NCBI GenBank assembly: GCA_964448115.1
Contig: CAYUVA010000044.1
Coordinates: forward strand, 1-38,491
Reading direction: 5' to 3'
Source of the DNA: an uncultured bacterium
GTDB lineage: Bacteria; CAYUVA01
DNA: 38,491 bases
Shown: positions 35,450 through 38,491 of the stretch, in pieces
Numbering within the stretch: position 1 is the stretch's first letter
Layout of the letters: each line of letters starts with the position of its first letter
Program-made: the position numbers and the translations under genes
Notes under the pieces: generated by a model
What the model was told of the DNA's origin: nothing
Seen by the model: only the letters and a program-made list of their open reading frames with translations
Database searches by the model: none

Positions 35450-36790
35450 TTATCGTCTGGGATGAAGATCTATCACCCTTTTCTTGCCTTGAGCCTGTGG
35501 AGCTAACCACGCCGGCTCATCTTCCAGGTATCTCCTGAAATTGTCCAACGATTTTACCACTGATGCTAATGACTTGGCAATAGCTATATGACCCAAGACG
35601 GTAGGGTGAACTCGATCCAGTTGTAGAAGCCTTTCGGTAACCTTTTCATCGATAAGGATTTGTTTCATCTGAACCAGGTTTATATCAAACTGATCGGCGA
35701 TGGACAAAAGTTGGGGACTTACATAATCACAAGCCTGTTGAAGCATACAGGGATCGAAGATAATCGCATCTATATCATTTTCTTTTAATAATTCGATGAG
35801 CCTGTGATAGCTATCTCGCAGCTCGGCTTTTTTGACCCTCCTAACCCATTTAACTTCAATGCTTTTTCCCTTGCCGGCGGGGACGGTTTGTACTCCTTCC
35901 TCCTGGTCTCCCCGTATGATCTTTTGAGCCTCCAGTCTCATCGGCTTCGGCTTCAGGGTGCCTACTTCAGTATTGCGTCTGATCATCGCCAGCCGTATCT
36001 CCATAATGCAGTATTTAAGCAGCTTATATAACTCGAAGCGATTCAGTCGATGCTTCATTAGGCCAAAAAAGCTGCTAGATGCTTTTATTCTTTCAACATC
36101 AGTGATCTTTGCCTTGAGGGAATCGTTGTGTCCGAAGCTGACGATGACCGCATCCGGCTCGAAATAGAGCAGCTCGTTTTTCAACCACTGTAATCCCTGT
36201 ACTACTGTATATCCAGGCACCCCGCAGTTGAATACCTCGATATGCCGCAAGGGGTACTTTTCGTTAAGGATAGCCTCAAGGCGCTGTGGGTAGGGATCTT
36301 CATCCATGATTCCAATGCCGAACCCGAAGGTCGATGAGTCTCCGAGACATATTATGCGGAAGGTATCCGGCGCCTTTTGCGCGCTATAGTGCCGATCCCG
36401 CATCCCATAAACATTGGTATGTAAATCCATTATAGTCCCTGGTTTTCCCTTTATGCTGCCCAAACCATACTCGAAGTTCGGTTTCAACCTCCAAAGCAGC
36501 TTCGTATCGGGCTGATAGGGGTACTCGGACTCCAACTTTGGATGCAAGAATGCCTGGGGAATTACTATATCCTTTTCAACAATAGTTTCAATGGGAACAT
36601 CCATGTATTTCATCTGATATACCGCCAGGTCATAAACCCTTTGATAGAATTTAAGGTTGACCAGCTTTAATACAACCTCCAGGACAATCAATATAACAAC
36701 CACCATTACCAGGCTTTGCAATATCAGGCGCCCATTATGCAGGGCAGCATCATTATTCTTACCACTGCCCACCTTATTCATCATCCACAT
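35450..36790 (-). CDS. Membrane-anchored SGNH/GDSL hydrolase or acyltransferase
   Basis: N-terminal TM, TNVYGMRD, RIICLGDSSTFG (block I), FNCGVPGY (II), SFGHND (III), DRVHP (V). Confidence 0.88.
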   Translation of the reverse strand: MWMMNKVGSGKNNDAALHNGRLILQSLVMVVVILIVLEVVLKLVNLKFYQRVYDLAVYQMKYMDVPIETIVEKDIVIPQAFLHPKLESEYPYQPDTKLLWRLKPNFEYGLGSIKGKPGTIMDLHTNVYGMRDRHYSAQKAPDTFRIICLGDSSTFGFGIGIMDEDPYPQRLEAILNEKYPLRHIEVFNCGVPGYTVVQGLQWLKNELLYFEPDAVIVSFGHNDSLKAKITDVERIKASSSFFGLMKHRLNRFELYKLLKYCIMEIRLAMIRRNTEVGTLKPKPMRLEAQKIIRGDQEEGVQTVPAGKGKSIEVKWVRRVKKAELRDSYHRLIELLKENDIDAIIFDPCMLQQACDYVSPQLLSIADQFDINLVQMKQILIDEKVTERLLQLDRVHPTVLGHIAIAKSLASVVKSLDNFRRYLEDEPAWLAPQAQGKKRVIDLHPRR

Positions 36791-37162
36791 AGACCTTTAC
36801 TTCCCCCGCCTTTACCTTAAGATGTCCAATGATACAAGCATCCCCATACCAATATCACAAAACAGATAGATAGCATCTACATGTTGAGTTTGCAAACAGA
36901 TATCAGCTTGGAGTCATGATCTCAACCAATCCGGACGCTCATAATATCAACGGGTTGCAATTTTACCGATTTGGAGTGGGTATGGTCGCAAAGGCTGGTT
37001 ACAGAGAGATGATGTCATAAGTGCCTATGATTTAAGAAGATTTCTGGGATTATTAGGTTTGAAAAAACGCATCTTAAAAAAAACCTGCTTTTTTTTTCTT
37101 GATTTAATTTCATAAGGCTGCAATACTTCATTTATAGAGGCTAAATAAGAAGAAAAAACCGT

Positions 37163-37633
37163 GTGGAAAATATGGACAGGCGGCAGAAAACAATACTGAT
37201 CGTAGAGGACAACAAGGATCATATTGAGCTGATCAGGTATGCGCTGAACAAACTGGATCATGCTTATAATGTCGTTTTCCTGGAGGATGGCCAGGATGCA
37301 CTAGATTACATTTATCGAAAAGGAAGCTATAGCGACAATAGGCAGTACTCCGATCCGAGCTTGATATTGCTGGACATCAAGCTGCCCAGTATTGATGGCT
37401 TCGAGGTGCTTAAGACCTTGAAGCAGCACTCTGATAAGCGCTATATACCGGTTGTGATGCTCACTACCAGCGAGGCTTTGGATGATCTGAAGCGCAGCAT
37501 GTCACTGGGTGCGAACGACTATGTAATCAAGCCGATCAACTATGCTGATTTTCAAGAAAAGATCAGGATTATCGGGGATTACTGGATGTCGGTCAGTGAT
37601 ACGCACCTTCTCTTGGAAGAGATCTTCTCATAG
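37163..37633 (+). CDS. Single-domain response regulator (Rcp1/CheY-like)
   Basis: ILIVEDN, DGQDALDYI, LILLDIKLP, IPVVMLTTS, GANDYVIKP, YW tail; the true start may be ATG 37172. Confidence 0.9.
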   Translation: MENMDRRQKTILIVEDNKDHIELIRYALNKLDHAYNVVFLEDGQDALDYIYRKGSYSDNRQYSDPSLILLDIKLPSIDGFEVLKTLKQHSDKRYIPVVMLTTSEALDDLKRSMSLGANDYVIKPINYADFQEKIRIIGDYWMSVSDTHLLLEEIFS

Positions 37634-37672
37634 TGCTGGTTGGTAAGTTATCCCCTTAATGCCTCGTGATGA

Positions 37673-38437
37673 CTATTTCCCTTCGATCTTAGCCAGGGAA
37701 CTCATAGCTATATTACTCACGGTTGTAGCTTCAATATTCCAATTCCTATAGAATCCTAGTCTGCTTTCATCGCTTTGAAGGTCTTGCAGCTCTCCATAGG
37801 CTCCTCGGTATATAAACTCTCCTAGTGCCCAGGCTGCATATCCCCGCAGCTTTGGATCTGAGTGATGCAGGTATCTCATTAATGCTGGTATCGCCAGTGA
37901 GGTATCCTCCAGATGCTGTCGGCAGATGCGCCCCAGAGACCAAATAACTCCGATGTTTAGGCGCTCGTTATCAAGAATCATGTCATCCGCGACCAGATAC
38001 GAGGTAAACAGGGGAACGAACCCAGCCAATTCCTGGGGATTATTTTTTATTAGCTCGCCAATCCCCTGTGGAGCACCTAGGATGATGCTTCCTGACTCAT
38101 CATTCAGCGACCATACCAGCCGGGCAGCATAATTTCGTGCCTTCTCAGCTCTGCTCGATTCGGGTAGCCGAGATATCAGGATGCCCATCGCCTCAGCGGC
38201 GCGAAAATTGAGAAGCTCATCATCACAGGATAAAAGCCCCATGAGGGTTCTGAAGACCGCTTTGCCCTTTTTGCGGAGCTTATCGAGGCTATCGAGATCC
38301 CTTCTGGTCAGGGCTTCCTTGAGAATATTACTTAGCGACATGTCAATCTCTGGTTTACTTACATTTAATGAGTACTGCTGAAGGCTAGCATATGCTCTCG
38401 TATTTTCAAGCCTGGGCGTCCAATTGTGAGCTATCAT
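37673..38437 (-). CDS. HEAT-repeat protein, DVU0298-like
   Basis: FRAAEAMG, RLVWSLNDESG, GAPQGIGE, GVIWSLGRI, LRGYAAWALG; the true start is more likely ATG 38341. Confidence 0.7.
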   Translation of the reverse strand: MIAHNWTPRLENTRAYASLQQYSLNVSKPEIDMSLSNILKEALTRRDLDSLDKLRKKGKAVFRTLMGLLSCDDELLNFRAAEAMGILISRLPESSRAEKARNYAARLVWSLNDESGSIILGAPQGIGELIKNNPQELAGFVPLFTSYLVADDMILDNERLNIGVIWSLGRICRQHLEDTSLAIPALMRYLHHSDPKLRGYAAWALGEFIYRGAYGELQDLQSDESRLGFYRNWNIEATTVSNIAMSSLAKIEGK

Positions 38438-38491
38438 GCCCTCATTTCCCGATCCACGACCTGAGAGCAGATGACCACTGATGATTTGCTT

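Noticed and set aside
33380-36790. Saxitoxin or antibiotic biosynthetic cluster
   Set aside because: Only the widespread carbamoyltransferase/SxtJ-like/SGNH module is present; there is no sxtA, amidinotransferase, PKS or NRPS.
38342-38491. 3' end of another minus-strand gene at the right edge
   Set aside because: More than one frame is open for a short distance and none has recognisable features, so it cannot be supported.

Overview
Gene-dense chromosomal segment of a probably anaerobic, diderm bacterium (TonB-dependent receptor, GT9, LptD-like protein, sigma54 promoter; the lineage cannot be fixed from the sequence). It carries housekeeping genes (pcrA/uvrD, ispG, ftsY, groES, rpoZ, tnaA) and many envelope/glycan-decorating enzymes (GT2, GT9, two GT-C membrane glycosyltransferases, a Thr-type sulfatase-like protein, an SGNH-SxtJ-carbamoyltransferase trio). 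I saw no rRNA, tRNA, CRISPR array or prophage. The most notable items are: (1) a tandem pair of PilT-type ATPases, one fused to a ~560-aa HEAT-repeat solenoid, with no other pilus genes in the window; (2) an FtsY with a ~490-aa TPR-like N-terminus; (3) an orphan groES behind a complete sigma54/IHF/double-enhancer promoter; (4) a U32-family Fe-S protein next to a B12-binding radical-SAM-type gene that the ORF track missed; (5) an unannotated, internally deleted REP-associated tyrosine transposase (RAYT) remnant with three GTAG-type REPs; (6) a Ser-less alpha/beta-hydrolase translationally coupled to a START-domain protein; (7) several families of short intergenic repeats and palindromes. All protein calls come from motif recognition by eye; no database searches were run.
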